Positions 50,663 through 61,793 of a stretch of DNA of 64,000 nt are shown one piece after another (position 1 is the first letter of the stretch; every line of letters begins with the position of its first letter). Location: positions 5,060,436 through 5,124,435 of the forward strand of contig SMSO01000031.1 of assembly GCA_004764695.1 (NCBI GenBank), given 5' to 3'. Source of the stretch: Schizochytrium sp. TIO01. Its lineage: Eukaryota > Protista > Bigyra: Labyrinthulomycetes. The notes beneath the pieces are model-generated. The model saw only the letters and a program-made list of their open reading frames with translations. It was not told where the DNA came from and did no database searches. The translations under genes were made by a program, and so were the position numbers.

Positions 50663-53600
50663 TTTATGAATCAGTGCGTCTCCCCGAATAAAGTGATGGG
50701 GAAATTGGGATGACCTAAATGATTTCAATTTTTGTTATATGTTTCACGTTGTTGGATTTCTATTATGGAGGGCGACGGGCGCGCTTTTCCTTTTGTTGAA
50801 TAGTTTTCGAAGGAGAGCAGCATTTAATTTCCGTAACATTTAAAGCCTATGATCTAATATAAAATTACTCGAGTTTGTATTTGCCTCTACTATGTAGTAT
50901 TTTGTGACCAAAACCAAACACTGCATATAATATTTTCAACACTATCATCTACGCGAAGCTATGTCTATTACAACTGTGTTGGCGATGCTGTGCCCCTTTC
51001 TACTATATTGGAGATGATGGTGACTCTCTCGCTCTCCCATTTGTGTGAGTTTCACGTTGCTTTGGTTTTCTCTATCTACTGCAGCCAGGAGTCTGTCTAG
51101 ATTGTTTTTGCACGCAGCAAGGAAATTGATCATTCAATTGTGCAGATTTTTCAATGTTTATCTCTGTCACGGCTGCCATCATCCCAAAGTTAGACTGATT
51201 CTATTGTGCTATCCTCTAGCACACAGTCTTTCTTTATTGTCATTCTCAACGCATCTATGAAACTCCAAAATGCTCTCAACATTACTGCGGCCCACCATTA
51301 CATGGCCAGCCGCTTGCCCTAGCCTCGCAATCGCTGCGTTTGTTGCACCAAACTCAGTTCGAACCGGAGGGCGCTTGTGGCATGCTCTGCGTACTTTGAT
51401 GTATTGAGAGAACACCTTTTCATTTCCATTTCCCATGTTTAAAGATGTTGCAGCAGAGTTGGCTTCGACAGGTTAAGATTGTAGAAGCTGAGCATGGCCG
51501 AAACTGGATAGTGAATCCATATAGAAAAACGCCATTTATGTTAAGCTGCATCTTTTATAGATTTACATATAATCAACTCGAGGCACTCCCAAGTGTAGTG
51601 CAGGCAAGGCCGCATCGCGTACTAGTTCTCCTTGGACTAGCTGGAAGTAGGTACGAAATAACAAGCTCCACCTTTTAGTAACGTTGCGAATCAGCATAAA
51701 AAGCGCGGACCGGTCTCTGCTCTGGTGTTATGATGAAGACAGCGAGGCGCGCGAAGGAGTGAAGATCGAACGTTTCGAAGAGCTGACCAAAAGATTGCGA
51801 TCTCAATCATACGGCTGGCGTTGCAGTGCTGAGCACTACGTGTGAAAAAGGCTGCGCGTATCAGGAGTAATTCCGAGTCGTTGTTGAGAAGTTGCTCCAG
51901 CGAACGCAAGAATGTGCGAAGAAACAGCCAGAACGATGTAAACCAGTCCAAGTATACACACTCGACTGCATCAGAAGAAAGTATCAAGTCAACAACAGAC
52001 CTGAAGTTCTCCCCAATCCGACAGAGCTCAAGCTGGAATCGCGCCAGAGTCGCACAGGAATAGCTCGAAGACCTGAGGAGCCTCGAAACAACAGCACCTT
52101 TTCAATGGGAAATAAAACGAACTCTGCAATTTACCCAATGTGGATGAAACGAAAACATGAAACCTCCAGAAAAGGGGGTCCACATCGAGGCTGCTGATGA
52201 GAGCTAAGAGATGACTCCGTGGCGCCAGGAAAGCGATCAGCGAGAGCGCAGAACGCCACAACTCTCGTGACAGTAGATGCCCTTGCGCTGCCCTGCATTA
52301 GTGTTGTCGAATTCCCAACGCTTCATAATGGATTGGATGAATTCCACTGCTCGCCACGTTTTTTTGTTTTGTTTTTTACAATTGTTTCATTTTGCTTCCG
52401 CAAGAACAATGTTTTTTCATAATTGAAAGAACACAACAAAAAATTGAAAAATTGAATGGGAAAAAAATAAATAAAATAATAATAATAATAAAACGAAAGG
52501 AGAAAAAGAAAGGAGAAAGAGCGATGATGTCTTGAGAAAGTGGAGGCCAATAAATCACGAAACCAACTAACCCAGATCGACTGTTTTCTCGCCCATACCG
52601 GCTGTTTCCTGAATAGATCCATGCCCATTGCAGCTCACCCTCCTTATCCCCTTGAACTCAGCACTGCTAGACTCAGCCCATGCTCGAACAGAATAGCAAC
52701 ATCTCTTTTTTTGCATGGAATAAGAGCAGAGAGGACATAGTTTTCTTATAATTTTACAAGCGACATTGAACAATCTCGACTCTCCACACTCGTCAGTAGT
52801 ATTCTCTACAGTAAACTGTTACAACCACTTCATAGAAACCCTTTGATGAAACGACCTTTTCAGACGACATCACTCTTTTCAATCAATGTGAAACCAATAA
52901 AATAGTCTCTGTTAGAAAGCATCGAAAATGCTTAGAGTTCACTCTTTAACCGGGTTTGAAGAGAGCAAAGTATCTTTTCATAATAACATGCACCCATTCC
53001 TGTCGAGTACAGCACCTAAAGACCGGCACGAAAGCGGACTCAATCGCCCATCGTTCTTCGTCTATAAATAATACATACGGACGGCAATTTCACAGTTGTT
53101 AGAACTTACTTCGTCTGATTGATTAGAAAATAAAAGAACTGTATAAAAAACAATGACTTATTTATTCATTTCTTTATTTATTATCTATCTATCTACTGAT
53201 GAATGCCAAAGGAAGAGCAGGAATTGACCTTCCCCACGTGTGCATTGAACGAGATCTGAAGCAACTTTGATTGTCCTGTCCTCGAGCGCGATGGCTTCAG
53301 GCTCAGTTTAGGCAGTGGCTCTGGCAGCCCTGGCGACTGTCGCAAGGAGCGACTGCAGTCGAGCACGTCGTCAGCGTCTCCCGGGGAGAGAAACAAACCC
53401 CGGCTCGGTTTCTGGAATTGGAAGCGAGGAAGTAAGTGGACTTTCAAGGCAAAAGATGAAGACCGCGATGGAGACCAAGATGAATGACCTGATCGTGGAG
53501 AATTGCACAGCGAGAGGGCTCGAGAGCGGCGTCAAAGGCTCGAAGAGCAGCAGACAGAGGAGGTCTCCACTTGGAGCCTCTCCAAGCAAGCAATCTCATA

Positions 53601-54629
53601 GGCAGGCAGCCATAAATAGCTGCGCGGAGACTGACATCTTGGGCTGAAGAGGCTCGCTGTAAGGCGATCAAATTACAGGCGTCAGGCAATTGGACAGACA
53701 GCGACGAGGAGCTTGAGGAGATGAGCAGCAGCGGCGATGGCGGCAGAGGCAGGAGAAGACCGAGGTGGCCAGGAAGCGGTGGCGAGGCTGATTCGTTCGT
53801 TACTGCGTGGCGAGCAAGTGAAGTGGAGGTTAGTTACATTGAACAAGAAGGTTTTGTTCCCCAGGCAGCCAGACAGCCAGCCCCTCGTGGTAGACATGCA
53901 TGCTATACAGCGCCCAGATCAGTGAGCAGCCCGTTTCACATCCCCTGGCGCAAAGCTGGTTTCGCAGCGAAAGTCTAAAGCCTAAGCGCCGTTTCTTTGA
54001 TGTATCGATGGGTTTCTTCGGTTGATCGTCCATAATTGTGTCCACGATTTGCAAGATGGCGCCCTCTTTCTGAAATGGGAATAATGAGCGAAGGAGACTA
54101 AAGTTTCCAGAGGTTGGACGTCTCCAAAAGCAAGAGAAGAGCAGAACTGGGTGGGGCTGATGATCTTTGCGAGAACCTTGAGCAAAAGGAGGCATTGGGA
54201 AGGCTGGAACTGTAAACGAACGAGCGATCCTCCGGAAAGAAGAAGAGACTTGTCTTTGGTACTGTATTTGTATTCTCATTCTCGTTCTCACAGCAGAAGT
54301 TTTACAGAGAGACTTTAAACAAAAGCTCTCCTTCTTGGAAGGATGTTTTATTGCACTTTTGATAAAAGAATGAACTGCTAATGGTAAACTGTAGGAGCGA
54401 TTAGCATTTGCTCTTTCCATTTCCAATTATTGCTTTCTACTTTATTTTATTTTTCGATGAATGTTTTTTTAAAGTGATTTGCTTATTTTCAGACCACTAC
54501 AAAAAGCAATAAAAGAATTGCTTCTACTTGAGAGAGTCAGAGAAAAGACACAGAATTGGCCATCATCAGCAGACAGGAATCGAAGAGCGCCATTGCTGCA
54601 GCCGTCGCGAATTGCGCGAAGGCGTTGCA

Positions 54630-57600
54630 ATGGGCGACATCGACGAGCTGGAGGGAATGCCAAGCCCACCCAGAGGACACCCGCCGCCACCTCCTGCGTT
54701 TGAGCCTACCGAGGAGGCCTCCGAGGAGTTGTCCAAGTTCGCGATGGCCTTGGAGGGCGCTGGGCAAAGTGTCGAAAAGACCTTCTTGCTGGACAGCCAC
54801 GACGACGCCCACGATAGTGACCTGCAAGGTGATGGTGAAGACTGCGTAGAAAATGCGATGAATGGAGCTGAAGATAGAGATATTGAAACGGAAGCTTTGG
54901 ACGACGCAAAAGCTGGCTTAGAAGAAATATTGGCAACCACGCCAAAACAAGAGAGCGTGCATACGGAAGAGAAAACACGAGTCCCGCAAGCCTCGTCACC
55001 GAGTAGTACATCAAAAAGATCAAGTATGATGGGAAATGTTAAGACATCAAGTACAGAGAATGTAGAAGATGCACATGCCCGGAATAGCAGTCATTCAACC
55101 TCAACAAATGTACGAGTGTGCTGCAGGTTTAGGCCGGCCAATCGGGTGGAGACAACCCAAGGAGCTGACCGGTGCGTCTCGTTTGGCCAGGATAAGGCCT
55201 CAGTAAAGCTTGAGGAAAACAACTTCACATTTGATCGTGTGTTTCAAGAAGACTCCTGTCAAGAAGACGTTTACAACTATTGCGCTAAGCCGCTCGTTCA
55301 AGACGTGCTGGATGGCTATAACTGCACAATTTTTGCGTACGGCCAAACAGGATCGGGAAAAACTCATACTATGATGGGACCTGAAGGCGGCAAAGCTTCG
55401 GCACATGGTATAGAGGACTTGCGAGGCGTGGTGCCACGCATTGCGGAGGATATTTTTCACAGCATGACCAACGCTGAAATGGGTACTGAGTTTATCATTA
55501 AAGTAAGCTTCGTAGAGATTTACATGGAGAGAATCCGTGACCTATTGAACCCTAGCGCGCGCAATCAAAATCTTCGTGTCCGTGATGTACGTGGGCGCGG
55601 AGTCGTGATTGAAGGTGCGGAAGAAGTATATGTTTCATCAACAAAAGAGTTGCTTAAAGTGGCAGCAAAAGGAAACGCAAGCCGTGCAATAGCTTCAACT
55701 CGTATGAATCAAGACTCTAGCCGTAGCCATTCTGTATTTATGATTACAGTTGCACAGCGGCAAACACAATCCACGCAACTTAGTAGGACGGGCAAACTTT
55801 TCTTAGTCGATCTTGCTGGTAGTGAGATGGTAAAGAAAACTGGGGCTACTAGCGGTGTGCTGGAGGAGGCCAAAACGATCAATCGATCTTTAAGTGCGCT
55901 AGGCAACGTGATCAAAGCTCTTGTGGAAGGCGCTAAACACGTTCCCTACCGTGATAGCAAGCTTACGCGATGTTTGCAAGACTCTCTCGGCGGGAATTCT
56001 AAAACATCACTTATTATTACCTGTTCTGGGTTTTCATATAACTCCACCGAAACTCTCTCAACACTCCGCTTTGGCACCAGGGCTAAGCGTATCAAGAACA
56101 AGCCGAAGGTCAATAGAGAATTCTCGGTAGCTGAGTACAAGACTATGGTCGAGCAAACAAAGGATGCATTGCGACTCGTCGTCGAATATGCGCGTTCCTT
56201 GGAAGCTAATCTGGGCATAGAGGTTAAACAATCCCCAGTACAGCAAACCAAAGATAAGGCGAGTTTCACTGTAACTCCACGGGACGGGAATCAGGATTCT
56301 CATCATCTAATTCCAAGTAATGACGATATGGAGTTGGAAAACCATGATGATGAAGAGGATGAGGAGACCACGAACACGAAGCCATCTAAGCCACCGAGGC
56401 ACTCCCAAGAGAGCCTCGACCGTCAGCAAGCGTCGTGCCCCGAAAACGCAAGATATCCTCCACAACGACTTTCTCAGTCATCGTCGATTGTCCCGTTAGC
56501 AGGATCACCTGATCAACCATTACATGCACAGTCTGCTAGTGAGGAAAACTCTGTGCTGGCACGTGCTGAAGAGGCTCTTACCCGAGCTCTAGCAAATGTC
56601 GATTTGTTACGTGCCAAGCTTGAAGAGGCGCAAACGGAAGCAGAAATCACTAAGGATGCACTGGAGGGCGCGAGGACACGTAATCAAGAACTTGAGGACG
56701 ACCTAGGCAAGTCCTCCAAAGCACAATCTGATCTGGTACAACGTGTTGCTAAACTAGAGCTTTACAAGCAACAAGCTGAATTTAGAGAGAAGGAAATGCA
56801 GCTCACAATGCGCGGGCTTGAAGATGAAAACAAACTTTTGAAGCAACATCTTGGTAGTACAAATGGCGAGATCTTCTATAGTAGCTTTGGCCCACAATCT
56901 ACACAAAAGAAAAAGAAGAAACGCGTTACTGATTCTAATGGACCTGATGTTGGTGCCAAAGCCGACCCGGAAGAGTCAAAAACTCAACAGGAGGATGATA
57001 GTGAGGAAGCTTCCCAGGAAGCACTTCTCAAGAGCGATCTCGTCCATATTACTGAAAAGTACATTCAACTTAGATTGGAGCATCTTGAAGCACAGGAACT
57101 TATTGCTGCACATGAAAATAGGGACCTCAGCGAGATTAATGATATCTTAAAATCTGAGCGCGAGCACAACCGACAATTGAACGCACGCATCCGTACCATG
57201 GAGGCCAAAATTGAACTTCTGAACCATAACGAAGTTCTGTGGAAGCTGAAGTTGGAGAATAGAGAGGAGCAGATCAACTTTCTCGAAGCTGCGTTGCATG
57301 ATTACCAGGGAACTTTCAAGTCTCATGTAGAAGTCTACCAAGCACAAGTAAACAAGCTTTCGGCAGAGCTTACATCGTATCGTTTGGCATTCGACAGATT
57401 GGAAAGTGAGGAGGAAACAACTTGCTCCGAAGCTGTCAATTCGGAAGAATTTATGATGCTTAAGAATAACCAGCAGATTCCTAGAGTTATTAAGCCTGTG
57501 CGTGGAGGTGGAGCTTCAAAACCTCCGTTACCTAAACCTACTCAAAACTACACAGGCAATTCGTTCCATAGTTTTAAGTCTCCATCTGCACGAAAACGGT

Positions 57601-57779
57601 TCAACAGTACCCCGCTGTCAAAGACTCAACGGAGCAACTCCCATGATAGCGACGACCAGCAGCCTTCACCAGCCAAGTGGCTCATGGACTCCATAGACAG
57701 ACTTGCTCCTCCACCAAGATCAGTCAATTCAAGACCACCTTCCAATGAATCGCTCCCGGGCTACACAGCATCAATCTAA
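54630..57779 (+). CDS. Kinesin-1 (conventional kinesin heavy chain)-like motor with acidic N-terminal extension
   Basis: Motifs VRVCCRFRP, GQTGSGKT, SSRSH, DLAGSE, HVPYRDSKLTR; coiled-coil stalk; IAK-type tail VIKPVRGGG. Confidence 0.92.
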   Translation: MGDIDELEGMPSPPRGHPPPPPAFEPTEEASEELSKFAMALEGAGQSVEKTFLLDSHDDAHDSDLQGDGEDCVENAMNGAEDRDIETEALDDAKAGLEEILATTPKQESVHTEEKTRVPQASSPSSTSKRSSMMGNVKTSSTENVEDAHARNSSHSTSTNVRVCCRFRPANRVETTQGADRCVSFGQDKASVKLEENNFTFDRVFQEDSCQEDVYNYCAKPLVQDVLDGYNCTIFAYGQTGSGKTHTMMGPEGGKASAHGIEDLRGVVPRIAEDIFHSMTNAEMGTEFIIKVSFVEIYMERIRDLLNPSARNQNLRVRDVRGRGVVIEGAEEVYVSSTKELLKVAAKGNASRAIASTRMNQDSSRSHSVFMITVAQRQTQSTQLSRTGKLFLVDLAGSEMVKKTGATSGVLEEAKTINRSLSALGNVIKALVEGAKHVPYRDSKLTRCLQDSLGGNSKTSLIITCSGFSYNSTETLSTLRFGTRAKRIKNKPKVNREFSVAEYKTMVEQTKDALRLVVEYARSLEANLGIEVKQSPVQQTKDKASFTVTPRDGNQDSHHLIPSNDDMELENHDDEEDEETTNTKPSKPPRHSQESLDRQQASCPENARYPPQRLSQSSSIVPLAGSPDQPLHAQSASEENSVLARAEEALTRALANVDLLRAKLEEAQTEAEITKDALEGARTRNQELEDDLGKSSKAQSDLVQRVAKLELYKQQAEFREKEMQLTMRGLEDENKLLKQHLGSTNGEIFYSSFGPQSTQKKKKKRVTDSNGPDVGAKADPEESKTQQEDDSEEASQEALLKSDLVHITEKYIQLRLEHLEAQELIAAHENRDLSEINDILKSEREHNRQLNARIRTMEAKIELLNHNEVLWKLKLENREEQINFLEAALHDYQGTFKSHVEVYQAQVNKLSAELTSYRLAFDRLESEEETTCSEAVNSEEFMMLKNNQQIPRVIKPVRGGGASKPPLPKPTQNYTGNSFHSFKSPSARKRFNSTPLSKTQRSNSHDSDDQQPSPAKWLMDSIDRLAPPPRSVNSRPPSNESLPGYTASI

Positions 57780-58023
57780 CAAAAATGCTGTTTACTCAGG
57801 CACTGGCATCTCACAGAGCAACTTAACACAGCTCACTAATCCAAAGCACCACCAAAACAACTGTAACCAAGCAAACTAACCATTAACAATTACAAAAACA
57901 CATCAACTTGTATATTGCAAACTTCGAAACTAACATTAAAAAAAAGAAAAAAAATTAAATTAAAAAAAGAAAAATTAAACCTTGGGATTCTGTTCATCGG
58001 AGAAACACCAAAAGTGAAACAAA

Positions 58024-58115
58024 TTGAATCAGGTGCCAATTAACGTTTGACGTGAAATCACTACGCAGTTCATAAGCAGAGCTGGCGAAATCAAACGGAG
58101 TATCATCATCTTCAA
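58024..58115 (-). ncRNA. Box C/D snoRNA, U38/snR61-like (copy A)
   Basis: TTGAA-g-ATGATGA...CTGA-TTCAA; D' guide GCCAGCTCTGCTT-ATGA pairs with LSU AAGCAGAACUGGC (1 mismatch); +5 nucleotide is the A equivalent to yeast Am1133. Confidence 0.9.
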
Positions 58116-58176
58116 AGTATTTCATTCTCAAGAGTTCATTTAAAAAAAAAAGAAAAAAAGGCACAGGCCAAATACA

Positions 58177-58272
58177 GCATCAGGGATATACAGCAAGCAC
58201 AGTACGTTCACTGACCGCGCAAGGCAGCCTCAAACAAGAGGTGTCAGAAAATTGCTGAGTCTCATCACTTGC
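58177..58272 (-). ncRNA. Box C/D snoRNA, snR48-like
   Basis: GCA-a-GTGATGA...CTGA-TGC; guide TTTTCTGACACCTCTTG is complementary to LSU CAAGAGGUGUCAGAAAA. Confidence 0.85.
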
Positions 58273-58418
58273 AAAATAGTTCAAAACCTCAAACAAACAG
58301 AATGTAGTTCGAATGAAACTTTGTAAACAAACCCCACTCACCCCACCCCAACCACACGAAGATCAATGCACGAACAATAAGATGCAATGCACGACTCCCT
58401 CGTGAGGAACAAAATCAA

Positions 58419-58506
58419 GAATCAGGTGCCAATTAACGTTTGACGTGAAATCACTACGCAGTTCATAAGCAGAGCTGGCGAAATCAAACGGAGTATCATC
58501 ATCTTC
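58419..58506 (-). ncRNA. Box C/D snoRNA, U38/snR61-like (copy B)
   Basis: 89-nt identical duplicate of 58026-58114. Confidence 0.9.
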
Positions 58507-58542
58507 ATCGATTTCTTCTCAATACCCCAACCAATCCGATTT

Positions 58543-58733
58543 GAATGTAACGCTGGAGTTAGTGAACCGCAACCATCTAACCGGCTACGATACGTGGAAA
58601 CAGCGCTTACAGTTTGTCTGCTGCTGCCAAACTACCGAAGTAATCTGACGTTTTATCTATGGCGAATGAAAATTGACCTGGAGAACTTAATTTCAATGAA
58701 GGGAACTCCAAGGCATCAGGTAAAAAATCGCCA
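58543..58733 (-). ncRNA. Candidate H/ACA snoRNA
   Basis: 5' hairpin closed by TGGCGA/TCGCCA; H box AGATAA (58658-58653); 3' hairpin (GCGCTG/CAGCGT); ACA 3 nt from the proposed end. Confidence 0.55.
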
Positions 58734-59267
58734 AGACACAACCCCCTAACCTATAAACCAAAAAAACAACAAAAAGAAAATTTGAATGTCGGCGTTACGG
58801 TTAAGCTCCATCCTCATAGCCACATAGTGACGAAAATAAGTGAAGCTTGTGGATAAACGCGGCAGTGCAAACTCTTGCCCTACTGCTAGATCCTGCATAG
58901 GAATCCCGGAAGGAACTCAACTACACAGGCTCAATAACAACAAAGCAAGCGCACCTGGACAATTAGTCTTGGACCTTTGTCAACACATGTACCTCACGAA
59001 AAAGTAGGCGTGCTTATCGACGTGGCAACCGCTTTCCCCGTGTTGGAGGGCGCCAGAAGCCTTGGTCCGAAAAGCGCTTGTACAGCGCAAATGGTCTTAG
59101 CCCGAAGCTAAGTTTTAAGATGGGCACAAACATCAGTTCCGTAGGAGCCCTATAAAGCCCTCCTGAATTCGCATAGTTCGTTTCACATCGCGTCAATAAC
59201 AGCAATTGGAATTTGAACAGTCACCGGGCAAACACCAACCAACACTACCGTGCCAATTATTACAAAA

Positions 59268-59347
59268 TAGGTCTGAAATATGCATGTTCTCACTCACGGG
59301 TCATCGGATCCGAAAGATGGTTGATTAGCAATTTGTCTTCATTCCTA
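59268..59347 (-). ncRNA. Box C/D snoRNA, snR39B-like
   Basis: TAGG-a-ATGAAGA...CAGA-CCTA; guide ACCATCTTTCGG upstream of CCGA pairs with LSU CCGAAAGAUGGU; +5 is the G equivalent to yeast Gm805. Confidence 0.8.
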
Positions 59348-59409
59348 GATAATAAACTCTCGGAGCACCTCTCCACACAATCACATGACTACCTAGTACA
59401 TAAATAACT

Positions 59410-59505
59410 CGGATCAGTCCATCTAGTAGGTATACTATAGAAACCACACGGTGTTTGAGCACAGACTAATATGCGTTCAGAGTAGCTGGTAAGACATCAC
59501 ATCCG
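59410..59505 (-). ncRNA. Double-guide box C/D snoRNA targeting LSU CCAUCUAGUAGCUGGU
   Basis: CGGA-t-GTGATGT...CTGA...CTGA-TCCG; guides pair with CCAUCUAGUAG (D) and AGUAGCUGGU (D'). Confidence 0.85.
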
Positions 59506-59590
59506 TACTCGACATCAGCGTTAACCGTTCAACACTGAACTCTCCTCACTAATCCGATCCACACCCCAACCATAACATAAAATAATCTCG

Positions 59591-59679
59591 CTCCTCAGAC
59601 TTAAAAAGCTCGGTTTGAATAATTCTTCAAATGGCAGAGCCATAATAAGTGTTGAATTTCAGTTCTCGCATCATAGGAG
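59591..59679 (-). ncRNA. Box C/D snoRNA, U36a/snR47-like
   Basis: CTCC-t-ATGATGC...CTGA-GGAG; D guide pairs with SSU UUAAAAAGCUCG; +5 is the A equivalent to yeast Am619. Confidence 0.85.
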
Positions 59680-59777
59680 TACGAGCTCTTCACCACACTT
59701 TTCCGAAACAGATTTGAGACTAAATCTTAAATCTTAAACACCATTCACAAAAACACCTTCACCCCCTTCACATGGCT

Positions 59778-59889
59778 GCGGTCAGTGTAACTATGACTAT
59801 AATAGGTGCCTCAAAGCCTATGGTTTGCAATAACTGCCTACCAAAGCGGGCTCGGCGATTATGCTCAAAGAGCGTTGTCTTCCTCCCGC
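59778..59889 (-). ncRNA. Box C/D snoRNA, snR63/U46-like
   Basis: GCGG-g-AGGAAGA...CTGA-CCGC; D guide pairs with LSU GUAACUAUGACU; +5 is the A equivalent to yeast Am2256. Confidence 0.8.
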
Positions 59890-60117
59890 GACATAGCCAT
59901 CCGAAGACGAGAGGCTACACCCTACCTATGATTTCTCGGTTGAAATGTACGGGTGCAAAGCGATCAACAAAGACCAAAAAGCTCAGCCGACCGACTCTAA
60001 AGGGCACTTCCATGATTGTAGCGCTGTAAAACTAAAATACAGACCGGAATACTTTACTCCGGAATGCACTATCTCAACGCAAACCTATGTATTAAATAAA
60101 CCAGAGCACATAAATTG

Positions 60118-60217
60118 TAGCATCAGAGAGATTCCCATTTCCGTCTTCTCGGCATAGCTCAAGCCCGATCATGTCGAACCGGCTCACGATGTCCCTATTT
60201 GGAGTACTCTTCATCTA
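60118..60217 (-). ncRNA. Double-guide box C/D snoRNA targeting LSU GAGAUUCCCACUGUCCCUAU
   Basis: Box C ATGAAGA, box D CTGA; guides pair with GAGAUUCCCA and UGUCCCUAU. Confidence 0.8.
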
Positions 60218-60302
60218 TAAGAATTCAAAGTTTCACGAGGAAAGTTAGTCTACTGAACGGAATCAATTAAAACGCAAAAACGAGAGGCTAACTTAAAAAC
60301 GC

Positions 60303-60417
60303 GTTGAATCGGATCCGGCAATCGTATATGAGCTGAGAACGATATTTCTCTTCAACGGACAAAGTCCTCGAAGCGAGCTGGGTTATAAGTAAAACTTATC
60401 GTCATCTCCGTTCCAAC
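60303..60417 (-). ncRNA. Candidate box C/D snoRNA targeting LSU GAGCUGGGUU
   Basis: Box C ATGACGA, box D CCGA, imperfect terminal stem, 10-nt antisense element. Confidence 0.55.
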
Positions 60418-60603
60418 ACATTCTAAGCAGAGCACGATCTCGAGATGAACCAAAAAGTAGACGTACCTGCAATTTTTTTTAAAATGTCAAAGACATTATA
60501 ACAGCTTCACCGGTCACAGCAGCGAGAAAAACTTATCGCGCAGAATATTCAGGTGAAGCAACAGAACACTATAAAACACCCACCCACAACTACAACTTGG
60601 CGA

Positions 60604-60681
60604 AGCGATCAGCCAGTGTGAATACTTTTCGCAGCACGTATATGCTCAGAATAGTTCAGGTTTGTTGAGCATCTTGTCGCT
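60604..60681 (-). ncRNA. Box C/D snoRNA, snR51/U41-like
   Basis: AGCGA-c-AAGATGC...CTGA-TCGCT; D guide pairs with LSU CAGUGUGAAUAC; +5 is the U equivalent to yeast Um2729. Confidence 0.8.
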
Positions 60682-60760
60682 CGCTCATACGTTTTCAGCA
60701 GCAGCATCTATGAATGCGCTCTTATACCCCTTCACCCCTCGTAATACCCATAGATGACAC

Positions 60761-60838
60761 AGCGATCAGCAACAATTGTATTTGACCTCACATGAATATT
60801 AGTGAATGTAGATAAGTTTGTTTGGGCATCCTCTCGCT
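60761..60838 (-). ncRNA. Box C/D snoRNA, snR62/U34-like
   Basis: AGCGA-g-AGGATGC...CTGA-TCGCT; internal guide pairs with LSU AAUGUAGAUAAG; short D guide against SSU AACAAUUG. Confidence 0.75.
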
Positions 60839-61062
60839 TGGACATCGTCATACAGAACGACACCCCAGGAAGCAAGCGGCCAAGTGCTAGCAAAATACTA
60901 CCAGATGCCATGTGACCCCGAACTGCTGTTACAACAACTATCAAGTCGTGGCTGTTTGGATTAAGTAAATCAGTGTCAGTCAACAAATCTCCTATCTTGA
61001 AACAGAGAACAGACGTTTAAACAGTCGAGCCAACATCATAAAAGCATACAGTAAAAGCAGAA

Positions 61063-61168
61063 GGGCTCAGCATATGGGTGGTGATCACAAAGGATCTGGT
61101 GGTCATAGCCAAAAAGTGGGCTGGTGGACCCGAGCTACCCGTCTGATTAATTTTGGAAATCATCGCCC
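61063..61168 (-). ncRNA. Box C/D snoRNA targeting SSU UAUGGGUGGUG
   Basis: GGGC/GCCC terminal stem, box D CTGA, degenerate box C (ATGATTT), 11-nt D guide. Confidence 0.65.
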
Positions 61169-61219
61169 AAGCTTTTAGTTCAGCAATTATAACTGCTTGA
61201 TGGATCTCGGCATTGGTCA

Positions 61220-61307
61220 TGGGTCAGAAAATAGCGGAATCTATCCTCATTTTGAGGCCTTCGTATGAGCCCCATCGGTAGGGGAATCCTAGGTATCCTC
61301 ACTCCCA
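61220..61307 (-). ncRNA. Box C/D snoRNA candidate (possible LSU AGGGGAAUCC guide)
   Basis: TGGG-a-GTGAGGA...CCGA...CTGA-CCCA. Confidence 0.65.
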
Positions 61308-61496
61308 GAGATTTCGACAACACAAAACGTCTGCAAAGTTCTAGAGGTAACTTACACATAGGAGAGTCCGCAAGACAATTCGAACCACCCAGCATTTATC
61401 ACTGAATAGTACAAATTGTTCAATCAAAACACTGTACGAAATAGGAGGAGCGCACAAATACTAGTAAAAGCAGAGACGCGACCACCACTTCCTTAT

Positions 61497-61595
61497 AGCC
61501 GTCATTGAAACCACAGCATAGTTTATCCACATGATTTTATGAGGAGCGACCCTCTTTCGGCCGGGTAAACGGTATATGTGTTGTAATCATAGGCT
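61497..61595 (-). ncRNA. Double-guide box C/D snoRNA (LSU GAAACCACAGC and CGGGUAAACGG)
   Basis: AGCC-t-ATGATTA...CCGA...ATGA-c-GGCT; two 11-nt rRNA-antisense elements each abutting a D or D' box. Confidence 0.82.
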
Positions 61596-61793
61596 TAGGA
61601 GTAAGAAGGGGGTCTGCTAAATCATACTTGTTGACCAGTAGTCGAGACACAATTTCTCATACAGCAGGAAAACAACCAGGGACCAGGAAGGCAAAATTGG
61701 TGCTTCATAAATGGATGTGCAAATAATGACTGTGACAAAATAAATCCCGATGTTAGTTGGTCTTGTCCAAGAATACATACATTAAAAATGAAA

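Noticed and set aside
58026-58507. 89-bp direct repeats read as LTRs or a mobile element
   Set aside because: The repeat limits coincide with a box C/D snoRNA, and the intervening DNA contains another snoRNA
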